A DNA stretch of 64,000 nt from Octopus sinensis (GCF_006345805.1 NC_043001.1:77314001-77378000); one strand, 5' to 3'. Shown: positions 13,171-27,775, counted from the first letter of the stretch. The notes: a model not told the origin generated them from the letters alone. Translations and numbers: made by a program.

Positions 13171-13448
13171 TTACAAGAATAATGGCTGCAGGCTTTAAAA
13201 ACAGTGAAGAAAATATAGACTAGCCAGATTTTTGACAAAGTGATTTGTAGTTTCATTCGCTTGTATTTACACTTTCTGCCGACCATCAGAACATTTAGTT
13301 TTTTGTGTATATTAGTATATAGGTTTAGGCGTTTCTTTACGAGTGTATGCACACAGACACACATACTTACTTGCGTGCGCGCGCACAATCACACGTGCTT
13401 AGACACATATATGTATTTGCATTTATGTGTGTTCCCGCTGTATGTGAA

Positions 13449-13483
<35 letters not shown>

Positions 13484-13544
13484 AATATATGTTGTGTGTG
13501 TTGTTTCATATATGTCAATATATTATATATATATATTATATATC

Positions 13545-13580
<36 letters not shown>

Positions 13581-14734
13581 ATATATATATATATTATATA
13601 TATATAATATATATATGTATATATATATATATATATATAATATACATAATATATATATGCATATATACATGCATACATACATACATACATATATATATAA
13701 GTGCATGGATGCAGCACACACACACACATAATTTTTTTTTTTCACCCCTTTTTTTCGACACTTATTTCTTGTAGAATATATTTGTATTTCTCATGATCGA
13801 TGCCAATGTAACAGACAACGCTATGCTTTGAATTCAGAAAGCAGTTAATTTATTTCAGTTGAGTCGCTAGTAGTAGTGTTTCCACTTATTAAAAATGGCA
13901 GCCAAACTATGGAATCCTGTCTTGAATGAATTCACTCTTAAAGGAAGAAAGAGATAGCGAAAAAAAAAAAAGAGAACACGAAAAAAAACAGTGTTATTGC
14001 TTCTGCTGAAGCTGATGATGATAATGATGCTGATAAGAATGCTGATGATGAATTACAACTACATACATAAAAAGTACAAAACGATGTGTGCTAAATTATA
14101 CCTGTTTTCTATTCATTTGACTGGTAGCCATTTTACTGAAGCGTCATTTGCTTCTGTTCGGTCTTAACGGTTAAACAAACATCTGCCTACTCAGCCATTT
14201 TGGCTTTCTGTTTTCATTTCTGGTTAATTTGTTGTTTTGATGGATATTTAGGCTCAACTTTAACAAATCAAATTCTATAAACTGTGTCTATTTAATCAAC
14301 ATCTACAGACTGCGCCTAATTATGCAGTTACAAACTACTGGCTATATCTTGTCTTGTCTTCTCTCGTCTGTCTGTGTGTCTAGTCGATATCTTTTAGACT
14401 TTGTCGATTCTCTCTACATCAATAGCATGTATCTATCTGTACAGTTAATATTGTTTGAGTATGTCTACCCATCTAATTTTATTTATTAAATTAACGTAAA
14501 AAAAACAAATAATAATCTTTGCTTGTTCAAACAACATCCATAAACATTGTCTAGCTCATCAATATGAAATAACCCTACTAAACAACATTCGTAGCAATAA
14601 TCTTTGTCTAGGATCACAATCTCTCCAATATAAATCTCAATAAATTTCAAAGAACACAAAAACAAAGCACTTCGTATCATTCCAGGAGGAACAAAAACCA
14701 CCATAGATACTGGCCAACTGCATAGCTTATCTTT

Positions 14735-15385
14735 TAAGCTTTTACATGTTTCAATCATTAGACTGCAGCCATGTTAAGCCACCACTTTCAATCGCGTTCG
14801 TTGAGCGAATAAACCCAGTATATATAGGGAGAATTCACGAAAAAAAACAAAAGTCGAAGACAGGTGGTTTTGGAAACAAACAGATGTATTAGTATAACGC
14901 TCGGGAATTGAAAAAGTCTTTTATGTTTCGAGCTTACGCTCTTCCACAGAAATGAAGGAACACAGAAAGAAACAAGGAGAAAAACAAGGAGAGAAAAAAA
15001 TGCGTGTAGTGGCTACCGATCTATCATGGCGATTCTATATATTGAAAGCAAGGTACTTATTTTATCGGTCACTTAAACTGAACCTCTAACTTAAGGGGAC
15101 GTAAACATACCGACACAGGTTGTCGTGTGGTGATGAGGGGCAAATACAAAAACCAGAAAGACACTCACAGATATACACATACATACACACATGCGTGCGT
15201 GCATGCACACACTCGCACACGCACGCACATATGTATAAAAGGGCTTCTTTCAGTTACCATCTATCAAATCTACTTACAAGTCTTTGGCATGACGGGTGCT
15301 ATAATAGAAGACACATTGCCAAGGTAACTCGCAGTCTGACTGAACCCGGTGTCATATGGTATGGAAGCAAACCTCTTACCACACA
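14735..15385 (-). mobile_element. Old SINE A interrupted by a ~210-bp insertion
   Basis: The 3' part at 14735-14820 resumes at about 15035 through the head. Confidence 0.65.
14825..15031 (-). mobile_element. PLE-type non-autonomous unit with minimal HHR-like motif (14917-14953)
   Basis: Minus strand TTT-CTGTGGA-A-GAGC(gtaa)GCTC-GAAA-CAT-A-AAAG. Confidence 0.55.
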
Positions 15386-15545
15386 TCCAACAAAGATAGC
15401 TAAGCTAATGTACTTTAAATGAAAGGCCAGTTAGATATTTGAGGAACACTGCAACAAGTCCTTGCACTAAACTAGATTATTCACGTGTGTTCTCATGTAC
15501 TCAAGTACTCATGCTCTTTGTGTATTTACATGTACTCACATGCAT

Positions 15546-15710
15546 GCGTGGCTGTGTGGTAAAAAAAACTTGCTGTCGACCACATGGTTCCGGGGTCAAT
15601 CCTACTGCGTGGTACCTTGAGCAAGTGTCTTCTACTATAGCATCAGGACGACCAAAGCCTTGTGAGTGGATTTCGGAAACGGAAACTGAGAGAAACCCGT
15701 CGTATATACG

Positions 15711-15712
<2 letters not shown>
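15546..15712 (+). mobile_element. SINE A 5' half
   Basis: GCGTGGCTGTGTGGTAA ... CCTTGAGCAAGTGTCTTCT ... GGAAACTGA. Confidence 0.8.
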
Positions 15713-15770
<58 letters not shown>

Positions 15771-15824
15771 CTGTATTTGTCGTGCAGTTACTGTTTATAC
15801 CTCGTTCAGAGATTTATTATTGCC

Positions 15825-15861
<37 letters not shown>

Positions 15862-15916
15862 ATATATATATGTATATATATGTGTTTATATATATATATG
15901 TGTCACCCCCCCCCCC

Positions 15917-15948
<32 letters not shown>

Positions 15949-16069
15949 CAAGGGTTGTTCGATTAGGACTGAAGTGGGATTAATAAGAGTAGCCACCACA
16001 TCTGCCGACTCCATCGCGAACACAAACCTCGCCACCACTAACACCAATAGCAACTCAGAACTGTCATGA

Positions 16070-16119
16070 CGCAGCGACGACGATCACCATCGCCACCACT
16101 ACTGCCGCCGCCGCCACAT

Positions 16120-16150
<31 letters not shown>

Positions 16151-16559
16151 GCCACCATTAGCACCACCAATAGCACTGCCACAACCAATCCAATAGCATC
16201 ACGGGAACTATTTCAAATAGCGCAACCAGAAACCATCATTACCACAACACACTAGGAATACTTGTATTAGAACTACCATCACCACCAAATTCACCACCAC
16301 CACCCCTCTAACCATCGCCACCACGACAACCCCCGACACCATCACGAAGGCCTACCATCACCACTGTTACCATCAATCCCCTATTCGCAACCAACCCCAC
16401 ACTTCCCATCATCACAACCGTCACAAGCACAACCATCACTACTACACCCACCAGCCCCACCACAACCAAAACACAGAACCATCACCAACACCGCCGCCGC
16501 CGCCACCGCCACCGCCGCCACCACCACCACCACCACCACCACCACCACCACCACCACTG

Positions 16560-16615
<56 letters not shown>

Positions 16616-16910
16616 ACTACTACTACTACTACTACTACCAAAATACCGTCACTTCAACTGTCTACCCTCCCACTTCTGCCGCCGCCGCCGCCACTAACGG
16701 TACCGCCACCACCGGCCTCACCACCACCGGCTTCACCACCACCGGCCTCCCCACCACCGGCCTCACCACCACCGGCTTCACCACCACCGGCCTCACCACC
16801 ACCGGTCTCACCACCACTGGCCTCACCACCACCGGCTCTACCACCGCCCCTCTCCCCACCGCCGCCCCCTCCCCACCGCCGCCACCACGCCAACCACTAT
16901 CACCACCATT
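16070..16910. repeat. CCA/GCC/CTA low-complexity with 15-bp unit (CCACCACCGGCCTCA)
   Basis: About nine 15-mer units at roughly 16705-16845. Confidence 0.9.
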
Positions 16911-17685
16911 AATATATAGTGAACCGCTACTTGAAACCACTCGTTTCCTTCCGTTCCAAACATACTTCAGTTTTTCCCATATGTTACAGGCCGTGTTTTT
17001 CCCGTCATTACACGTTCTGCATTTTAACGTTAAAAGACCCACTTGAAAATACTGTAGTAGTTGTGTGCAAATGTGCACATGACATGCATTTATGCACTTT
17101 TATGTCTGTTGCTTTGCTGCCTTTTATGTTTTGCTTATTTTGTGCGTTATGTGCATCCCTGCATTTCAACGTACTATCATTTTCTGCATTTGTGCATTTC
17201 TGCAAAATTCTGAAATTTTCTCCTCGCTTAAATATACGTGTCTTACTGCAACCGAGAGATAATATTGTTGAGATATTGAACTAACGCTGTTGTTCTTCTT
17301 GCTGATGTTGCTGCTCTTGTACATGTTAGTTTACATGCATATATGCACGTATGCATGTTTGTAAATAAATGAATAAACATACGCGGGAGCACCTACACGT
17401 GGATGCGCACCTAAATATACACGTACTTGAACAAATACAAGCATATATGTATAGGTATTAATTTATTTAGATATATGTACATAATGTTAAATGAATGTGT
17501 GTTTGTTTGCGTGTTTGTCTTGTGTATTTGTTTGTTTATTTATGTGTGTGCGTGTGTATTTTTGTGTCCATGTAGCATTCTAAATATGTATATCTGTGTT
17601 TGTGTGAGTGCGTATATATATATATACTCACATTTATTTAAATAAGTCTGTGTGTTTATACATACATAAATACATACATACATAC

Positions 17686-17727
<42 letters not shown>

Positions 17728-17734
17728 TATATGA

Positions 17735-17794
<60 letters not shown>

Positions 17795-18357
17795 TATATA
17801 TAATATATATATATATAGTGAGTTTGTGTAACGTAATTAATATTTGATGATATATGCAATGTACGCCCCCCACACATATCTATATATATTGTGAGTGTGT
17901 GTGTAATATAATTTATATATATTTGTAATATTTTTTCATATATGTAATGTATATGTACGAACCAAGCATTTTATCGATCTTATTGGTATTTGAACCTAGA
18001 ACATAAAGAACTAAGAAATATCGCTAACGTATCTGCCAGCTCACCGGCTTCTAACAACAACAACAACAACATCAACAACAATAATAATAATAATAATAAT
18101 AATAATTGCTTATTTTGGGCAATCTCTACAGGTTTCAAGAGAATAAAACACAGATATATCAGAAATATTTTCAATCAGTTCCAACAAGTTTCAGTCCGTA
18201 CGTTATATATCAAATATGTTTAATTTGCTACGATGTCTAAAATCTAATGTGATCCCAGTTTGAGTCGAAGTTGTTTGTGAAGTTTTCTCTGGATGAAGCA
18301 ACATTATTTATAATTTGTTCGAACTTCGCTTTGTTTATCCTGAATCGGTATATGCTT

Positions 18358-18835
18358 TACTCTTTACTCTTTTACTTGTTTCAGTCATTTGACTGCGGCC
18401 ATGCTGGAGCACCGCCTTTAGTCGAGAAAATCGACCCCAGGACTTATTCTTTGTAAGCCTAGTACTAATTCTATCGGGCTGTTTTGCCGAACCGCTAAGT
18501 TACGGGGACGTAAACACACCAGCATCGGTTGTCAAGCAATGTTTGGGGGATAAACATAGACACACAAACACACACACTACACACACACACACACACGACA
18601 CCACACCACCCACACACCACCCACACACACACACACACACACACACCCATATATATATTACATATACATATGTACGACGGGCTTCTTTTAGTTTCCGTCT
18701 ACCAAATCCACTCACAAGGCTTTGGTCGGCCGGAAGCTATAATAGAAGACACTTACCCAAGGTGCCACGCAGTGGGACTGAACTCGGATCCATGTGGTTG
18801 GTAAGCAAGCTACTTACCACACATCCACTCCTGCG
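18358..18835 (-). mobile_element. SINE A, full-length
   Basis: Complete 3' tail, internal (CA)n and A/B-box head. Confidence 0.9.
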
Positions 18836-20381
18836 GTATGTTGACGTTACAACTAAGTCGAACTGTTGAGAAACATGTTTCAAATGTTGTCACAGATATT
18901 AATCAAGAACAAGGATCACTTTACACCAATGAAGTTCTGACAACTGACTCAACACTACAGTAAACTACCACACATGTGCAGTCTTCCTGAGATTCATAAG
19001 GACGGTATTCCATTAAGACCTATAGTGAGCTGTAGAGATTCAGCATGTCATCCACGAGTCGCTTCCCTTGTGGATATAATCAGTTCATTAGCAGGAAACT
19101 CTACATCGTACGTGAAGAATTCCACCCACAGAATTGCGCAAGGATACCACCATTGAATGCAACCAGATGGTGAGTCTAGATGTAATAAGTCTGTTCACCG
19201 AAGTCCCAACTGTTGAAGCACTATCGGTGATTCAAGAAAAACTAGTGACAGACACCCATCTAAAAGAACGCACTAGTATACCAATAAGAAACTCGATGGA
19301 AATGTGACCTTCTGTGTAGAAACTATCTACTTCAGTATGGACACTGATATATTATATATCGACAAGAAAAGGGTTCGCCATTATCACCGATAATAGCGAA
19401 TATATACATGGAATACTTTGAGAATTTGTCTTTAGGATCAACACCACTAAAACCAACCCTATGGCTGCGATATGTTGATGACACCTTCATACTCTGGCCC
19501 CTCTAGGAAGATGTCCAAGTGCTGTTAGATCATGTGAACTCAATAAAGCCATCTATACAGTTCACAATGAAAAAAGAAAAAGAAAATCAGCTAGCGTTCC
19601 TGGACGTATTAATAACACGCACCAAGTATGGATTCAGGTCATCCGTATACCGCAAGCCGACTTTCACTGGACGATACCTCAACTTCAACTCCCACCATCC
19701 ATACAGTGTAAAGAGAGGGATTGCTCAGAGCAATGAATATAAGTAGCGATCGTGATACCCACCACGAAGAAATGATCAAGCTCAGTAACAATCTATTAAG
19801 CAACAAGTACCTCAAAAGCATACTCTCCGCTCCAGTTATGAAGGAAAGAGGGGATGAAACCGATAAATTGTCCACAGGCTGTCTAACCTAATTGAAAGGG
19901 ATCTCCGAAAAGATACAAAAGACATGCGGCCCATATGACATCAGGACAGTATTCAAAAGTAATACAACACTTCGCAAATATCTCCTTCGAGTAAAACCAC
20001 CAATAGAAGAGAGCATGACCAAGAACTGCGCGTACTCCATGCCATGCAATTGTGGTAAATTATACAAAGGCGAAACATGCCGCCCTCTCAAAATAAGGGT
20101 AGACAAACATCGCAAAGCTGTGATATAGGGAGATATTGTTTAAATCGGGTATAGCTGATCATGTATGGAAAAATAGAGACCACCTCCCCCTGTAGGATGA
20201 AGTTAAATAATAGACAGAGAACACCACTGGAAAATACGAAAACTAAAAGAAGCAGGACATATGCTAGGACTCAACAACCTCCTAACCAGACCAAGTGCAG
20301 ATATGAACAGCATATAAGAACCAGTATTAGGGAAGGATAGGAGAATATTAGCTTTATAAGCCCTAAAATTCACCAATAGTT

Positions 20382-20450
20382 GCCCACGGGCGTATGGCGG
20401 AGAGGTTAAGAGCGCGGGCTACTAACCCCAGTTCGATTACAGGCAGTGAG
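20382..20450 (+). other. tRNA-like sequence in PLE 3' UTR
   Basis: TGGCGGAGAGGTTAAGAGCG (A box/D arm), GGG-CTACTAA-CCC anticodon arm, GTTCGATT B box. Confidence 0.7.
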
Positions 20451-20525
20451 CTTAATAATAATAATAACAACAACAACATCAAAAATACCTTAGGAATGAG
20501 AACACAGGTTCAAAATTTCCCAAAG

Positions 20526-20569
20526 ACACCTGATGAAGACTGGAGTGTATATCAGCCGAAATGTTGTGT
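20526..20569 (+). ncRNA. Minimal type I hammerhead ribozyme
   Basis: ACAC-CTGATGA-A-GACTG...CAGCC-GAAA-TG-TT-GTGT; the 28.8 kb copy has a fully paired GGCTG/CAGCC stem II. Confidence 0.75.
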
Positions 20570-21532
20570 TAACAACAAACAAGATGAGGACAAATATTCG
20601 TCAAATATAAATAATGTATATTTTTCAACCGATTCAGTCAAGTTACGTCTTGTTTCCATAGGTATTCACTTCGCCTATTTACCTGAGTTTATTCATATTT
20701 CTAGCACCATACTAGTTTTTTGTGGTTCTGTTGTTTAAATCGGGTTTGAACCAGTTTAAACTAGTCGCGTGGAATAGTTCAATCCCCATTACATACTCCC
20801 ATAAACATATACCGCTCCTCACCTCTTTCACTATGAACATATATACGTAGACACACATATATATATATTGTATACATCCATACATATATTTGTATCTATC
20901 TATCATTTATCTATCTGTACATCCTACTGTCTGTCTGTTTGTCTGTCTGTCTCTATTATATTTTACAAACACACTCACACATTCACTTACTCTCACAGTC
21001 ACGCACACACACACCCATATACATACATACATACATGCATACATACATACATACATACATACATACATACATACATACATACATACATACAAATATATGT
21101 GTATACACAAATACATACATATATGTATTATACATAAATGCATACCTATATCTATCTACTTTAGAAATACGCACACACATACACACATATACACTCGCAA
21201 AGGCAAACATAGAGTATGTATGCAACAAGCCCAAATTCATATGTTTAGTGAAATATAATGTGAAAGATGGAAGATATTATTTTAGAAACGCGTTTTATTA
21301 TCAAAATATCTAATAGTAAGATATGGTGATAGCCAGTTTGAAAACCTCTAAGACACTACATATAGACGCATTCCTATAATATACACACCCGCAGTCATTC
21401 AAAATGTCGTCTCTACATACATACACAGGAATACAGAACAGCAGACACAAGACACACGCACACTCTACAACAATTAAAGATGTAAGAACAGATTTTTATT
21501 GGAGTGTATGTCTACATATGTATGTATGTATG

Positions 21533-21595
<63 letters not shown>

Positions 21596-21645
21596 GTAAT
21601 GTATAAATATACGCATGCTTATATATATATATATGTTAGTGTGTG

Positions 21646-21676
<31 letters not shown>

Positions 21677-22158
21677 ATATATATATATATTATATATATA
21701 TGTATGTATATCACACACATGCATACACAAGTACTCAACACGCACCTAAATACACACAGATATACACACACGCATAGATATATTAATGGATACGCATATG
21801 AATATAATGATATATATGTTTGTAGGTTGGTGTGTGGGTCCATATGTCTGTAAGCCTGTATGTGTATCTATGTATGAATATGTATAAGCATGTACATTGA
21901 ATCGATTTGGGCGTTTTCTAGAAGATGAAGCCTGCGCCTGTTGATCAATATTACATACATACATACATACATACATACAATATACATACATAACATACAT
22001 ACATACATACATACATACATACATACATACATACATACATGCATACATACATATATAAATATATATATATATGTGTGTGTATATATACATAATTATATAT
22101 ATGCATATACATATAAATATGTATATTCATATAGATATATATATGTATGTATGTATGC

Positions 22159-22230
<72 letters not shown>

Positions 22231-22381
22231 CATAAAATCTCTCATTGAACTTCCATCACGTGACTTTTATTGGCAATCAGAATTCTTGAGTGTAAGTCGT
22301 ATGACAGAAACTGGAAAACGTAGGTGTAGGTTCGCGTTTGTGCTCTTATATTCCTTTTCTGTTGTACAACACACACACACA

Positions 22382-22419
<38 letters not shown>

Positions 22420-22451
22420 ACACACACACGCACACACACAGAGAGAAAGAC

Positions 22452-22690
22452 TACAATCGCGAATACACTTGGCCGAAATAGGATTCCTCCGAACGATCTC
22501 AGGAATAACGTTACTCGGCATGGTGGGTGACTCGGAGATCAAGGAGACTCTCCAAGCCCAGTGGCTACTTCTCCGCACCGACAGGGTACAGCTCTGCAAT
22601 CATAGACGTAGGATAAGAATGTTGCAGGAGAAAACCGTAAGGTGGATTCTTCAAAGCCGAGCCAACAGATATTTAGATAATACTCATAAT
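22452..22690 (+). mobile_element. RTE-clade LINE C-terminal fragment
   Basis: AEIGFLRTISGITLLGMVGDSEIKETLQ...LLLRTDRVQL...IRMLQEKTVRWIL. Confidence 0.7.
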
Positions 22691-22970
22691 CTTCGTTGGT
22701 AATGCTTCGGAATCCAGACGGCAAGTGCAATGATGATGATTTCTTATAGAGCAAAAAACGAGAAGATAGATGGAAAAAGTGGAAGGCTGTAGAAACGGAA
22801 AAAGAAAACTAAAGAAGATTAGCCATGCCGCTTTTGACTGAATAACCTTAAGTAACTAGTGGTAGAATAATTTAACGAGGTGAGGTCCAAAGCCTGCGAG
22901 ATAGCTTCTCAATCCGGAGAGAGTGATGTCTAATTTCGAACTCCAAAATTGAAACAAAAACACATCAAAG

Positions 22971-24281
22971 GAACAAACAGAAAATTCACATACGCGGCTC
23001 ATTCCTCGTCAGTTATCGTCCAAAAGATCCTTTAACAATAATAATGTTCTTTTTTTGGTAGCGTCAGCAGTGAGAAGTTGCAGGGAAGAGCGAGCGAACG
23101 TTTGGGATAATTACGAAAACAAACAGGACATAAATGTAAATATACAAACAAACTATAATATACAATATATACGCAAAATAAGGCCGTGCGTCTCAAAGGC
23201 GAGGCCTTATTTTGCGAGTATATGGGTATGCATACATACACATACATAAGTACGTATAAATCTGGTATCAGATAAAATTATAATATTTATATATTAAACA
23301 TAAGGCCAGAATTATTACTGGATCACAGTAGGTCGATGAAAGATCAGTTGAAGAATCCTCATAATGGTTACGGTATATGTAAGTATTCTCCTGGAACAGT
23401 TATACGGTAAGCTCAAATTTCTGGTTTTGAGTAAAGCTGCTCATTGTAAGTAGAATCCAAAGCTGTCATGGGTAACTCTCATAACAGCGAATTGTCATAG
23501 AAATGAATAAATTATATGAACATCTAGTTTATTTGCATTCAATAATATATCATAATCAAGCATCGCATCATGGCTATATGTATATACACACATTGTCCAC
23601 AACAATTCAATACAGTCGTGTTTTAAAGATACGAGTATGTATATAAATGGTACTCCTACCATACACACACACGTACACATATACACATTCACACACAAAC
23701 AAACACACAGACATCGATACACACATATGCACACATACTCCCTGCACATATACACAATACGTTACCTAAATTTAAGCAGAAGCACAAGAGAACAAACGGA
23801 AAATTGACACACGGGTCGGGACATTGCTCATTCGACGTCAGTTATCATCCAAAAGATCCTCACAATTACACACCTTTAACGATATTATTGTTCTCTTTTG
23901 GTGCGATGGTGCGAAGCTACTGGGAATACTGAGCGAACGTTTGGACTGTAACGAAAACAAACAGGACACAAATGTTAATATACAAACAAAATAAAATATA
24001 CAGTATACGCACGCAAAATAAGGCCGTGCGTCTCAAAGACGAGATGAATATATTGGTATACATACACATACATAAGTACGTATAAATCTGGTATCAGATC
24101 AAAGAGTAGAATTGTTTCTTGAACATAGATCATAAAAAGTCGATAAAAGATCAGTAGGAAAATCCTCATAATGGTTACGATATATGCAAGTATTCTCCAG
24201 GAACGTTAAGTCCAAATTATTGAGATTGAGTAAAGCTGATCATCATAAATAAAACCCAAAGCTGCCAGAGGTAACTCTCAT
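22971..24281. repeat. Diverged ~500-bp direct duplication (22971-23482 / 23790-24281)
   Basis: Shared blocks GCAAAATAAGGCCGTGCGTCTCAAAG, CATAAGTACGTATAAATCTGGTATCAGAT, AATCCTCATAATGGTTACG, GGTAACTCTCAT. Confidence 0.9.
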
Positions 24282-24515
24282 TACTAAAGCCAGTAAACGT
24301 TTGTAACCAAAGCCAAATAACTGAAGCAGGGTACTCATAGCTTACATGTATCCCTTTTCCAGTCATGAAATGATAAAATGCGTTCAATGATATATCTTAG
24401 TCATGCATTGCATTGTATCTATATCTCCATATATGTGTATATATATATATATATATATAATACATATACATGCATACATACATATATACTTATATATATG
24501 TGTGTGTGTGTGTGT

Positions 24516-25757
24516 GTTCCTGCCGGTTTTTAAATCTAAATCTTAAAAGGTTTAATAAAAAATAACAACTAATTAATCAATAATGTATTCACCCTTGTTG
24601 TTTCCAACGTTCAACGAAATTTTTTCCACTCGAAAAATTGATCCAACCAAGCTCTCAATTCTGCATCAGTATTGAAGGAAACTTCGCACATAGCAATTGA
24701 AAGAGATCGAAAGAGGCGGAAATCCGCTGGTGCTAAATCAGGAGAGTACGGCGGGTGTGGCAACACTTTCCAGCCATGCGTTTGGATGACTTCCTTGGTC
24801 ATATTAGCGATAGGAGGGCGGGCATTGTCGTGCAGCAGGACTCCATGTTGACGATTAGGTCTTTTCGCTTTAAAATCCGTGTTGAGTCGTTCCATCTGTT
24901 GAATCTAGAGTTCCGCGTTGACTGTTTGGTTACGTTCAAGCAATTCGTAATGGATAATCCCTTCTCAGTCAGTCCCACCATACGCACAACACCATTGTAC
25001 GCGGATGAAGATCTTGTTTCACGCGCGGTGTCGCTTGTTTACCGGAGCTAAGCCATTTCTTACGCTGCTTCATATTGATGTACAGGCATCATTTTTTGTC
25101 GTCTGTAATGATTCAGTGAAGAAATCGTTGCTTGTGTCCATGAGTTGAGCGGTGACGAGAAAGCTAGCCAGTGGAGATTGTAGCTCATATATTTTTGTTG
25201 TTGACACTTAAAGCATGCGGAACTCATGCTTCGTACTTCTGAACCTTTCCCATAGAGTGAAGATACTTCTTTATAGCTGTGTGAGAGCATTCCATTTTCT
25301 CTGACAATTCCCTTGTCGTTTGACGAGAAATTTCGTGCAAAAGTTGGTTTAATCGCTTTTTATCGAACTCAAAAGGACGGCCAGAACGAGGTGCGTTTGA
25401 GGTCAAAATTTCCATTTTTGAACTTTGCATACCAACCACGAGCAGTTCTTTCAGCTATGGCATCCTCTCCATACACAGCACAAATGTCGGGAGCAGCTTT
25501 TGCGGCCTTAGAACCTTGATTAAAAGCAATAAGGAGGAGGTGTTGAAAATGCTCTTTTTCTTACCTTGACAATCCGTTTTAATGACCTGAAAATAAACAA
25601 AAATTAACTAAAATTAACTAGAAGAAAAAACAAAACGAAATAGATTCCAAAATCATTCAAAAATAGAATTCTCGAAAAACATAGATTCCCAAATTTAAAA
25701 ACACAATAAATTTCTAACTTAAAAAAAAACGGCAGGAACTTAGTTGTCAACCCAATA
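24516..25757 (-). mobile_element. mariner (DD34D), near full-length pseudogene, same family as 10887-11731
   Basis: HDNARP and HPPYSPDLAPADF motifs plus an N-terminal HTH (ICAVYGEDAIAERTARGWYAKFK). TIR at 25721-25757, with a partial TIR at 24516. Confidence 0.92.
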
Positions 25758-26039
25758 TATATGTAAATAATATATATATATACTTATATAAACAAGTATA
25801 TAATGTATATATATAGATATATAATATATATATATATATACACACGTATATGTAATGTTTCACACTGTCGTATTAGTTCAATATAGCCGTGTTTTAAAGA
25901 CACGTATGTGTATAAAAGTGGTACTTCTATCGAGCCGCGCGCACACACGCACACATAAACATAGATATGTGCAAGTTTTTTAGAAATCTGTTTATTGTTT
26001 AAGATAAAATTTTGGATATATACTCATAAATATATATAT

Positions 26040-26102
<63 letters not shown>

Positions 26103-26424
26103 GATATGATATGTTATTATATATATATATTATTTATAACTATATATGTATGTATATTTACGTATCTCTGTATATATGAATGAAATAAACTGGCGAAATT
26201 AGCGATTTTGAATAAACATATTAAAAAATAAACACACAAGATTCTTCAATATAAATGTTATGTCCTTTATCGTTGGAATAGTTGTTCATGTTAGGGCTTA
26301 TGTGCTTATAAAGAGAGAAAGAGAGAGAGAGAGAGAGAGCCTGTGTGTATTTTTGTATATATGTGTATATATATATATATATATATGTATGTATATATAC
26401 ATATATCCATATATATGTACACAC

Positions 26425-26459
<35 letters not shown>

Positions 26460-26512
26460 TATATGCATTTATATATGTATATAAATGTATATATCATATG
26501 TGTATATATATC

Positions 26513-26549
<37 letters not shown>

Positions 26550-27571
26550 ATATATTTACAGATACACAAAGAGTGTATATACGAGCAGAAGAACACTCGC
26601 GAATAGCTACATACATATATACATATATGGTACAGTTGTACAGATACCATATACTGTGAAACAAACACGCACGCACACACGCACAGACACAAAGTCACAC
26701 ACACACACTTATTCACAAAGATACTAATACTCATATTCAACCACACACACACACACACACAACACACACATTCACTCGCACAAACACAAACAAACTGAAA
26801 GTAATACATTTTGATTTAATGAGATAAATATAGCGAAGTAGAAAACGACAGTGAAAGCACATTATAACAATATTTATCTCCCCTGAACATCTTTTAAATT
26901 GCCCAATATTTTCCCTTTATTTGCAGTAAACTGCAGAATTTAGCGATTTTATAGAAAGAAATGAATATATAAATTTATAAACAAATAACTATATAAACAT
27001 TTTTCAATATATATTTGTGTTGTTTTATTGTCTTAGTGTTGTTGTTGTTGTTATTGTTAGAGGATATGTGTTTGTTGTTGTTATGTTTGATATTAATGTT
27101 AAGATGTCGTTGGGAATATTGGTGATGAGGTCGGTGGTACTGGTGGTGGTGGTGGCGGTGGTGGTGGTGATAGTGGTTTTTGATGATATTAGTGGTGGTA
27201 GTAGTGGCGGTGGTGGTGGTGCTGATTCCAAAGCTATGTGTGTTGGTGGCGGTAAGGACGGGCATAGCGATCTCAGTGGTACTGCTGAATATATATGTGG
27301 TGACAGTGATGGCGGCGATGGTGATGCTGATGATAATGATGATGGGGTGATGACAATGCTGGTGATGATGGTGGTGACGGTAGTGATGGCCATGAGGGTG
27401 GTGATGACGGCAAAAGCGGTGACGCTTCTGAGAATGTTATTGGTGATAGCAATGTCGTTGTCTATGATTCTTTTAATGTTTAACCACCGCCCAGCTCTAA
27501 ACAAGCAGATCCGTGATAAATGATCTCAAGCATTGCACTGTCCATCCTATCATTCTTCATAGGAGAAGCTA

Positions 27572-27775
27572 GGGCTGTGTGGTAGGAATTTTACTTCCCA
27601 ATCATATGGTCCTGTGTTCAGTCCCACAGCATAGCACCTTGGGCATGTGTCCTCCACTATAGCTTCCACGCCGAACAAAGCCTTGTGAGTGGATTTGGCA
27701 GACAGAAACTGAAAGAAGCCCTCGAATACACACACACACACACACACACACACAACACCACACACACACATATAT

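Larger units (their letters stand above)
18860..20618 (+). mobile_element. Penelope-like element (RT + GIY-YIG endonuclease), 5'-truncated pseudogene with 3' terminal repeat
   Basis: LPEIHKDGIPLRPIVS, SLDVISLFT, GSPLSPIIANIYM, WLRYVDDTF, LAFLDVLI, VYRKPT, CAYSMPCNCGKLYKGET. Confidence 0.92.

Noticed and set aside
12522-13182. Asp/His/Ser-rich ORFs
   Set aside because: Mixed trinucleotide low-complexity sequence.
20388-20450. Functional tRNA gene
   Set aside because: The T/variable region is deleted in this copy, the acceptor stem is unclear, and it is embedded in a repeat.
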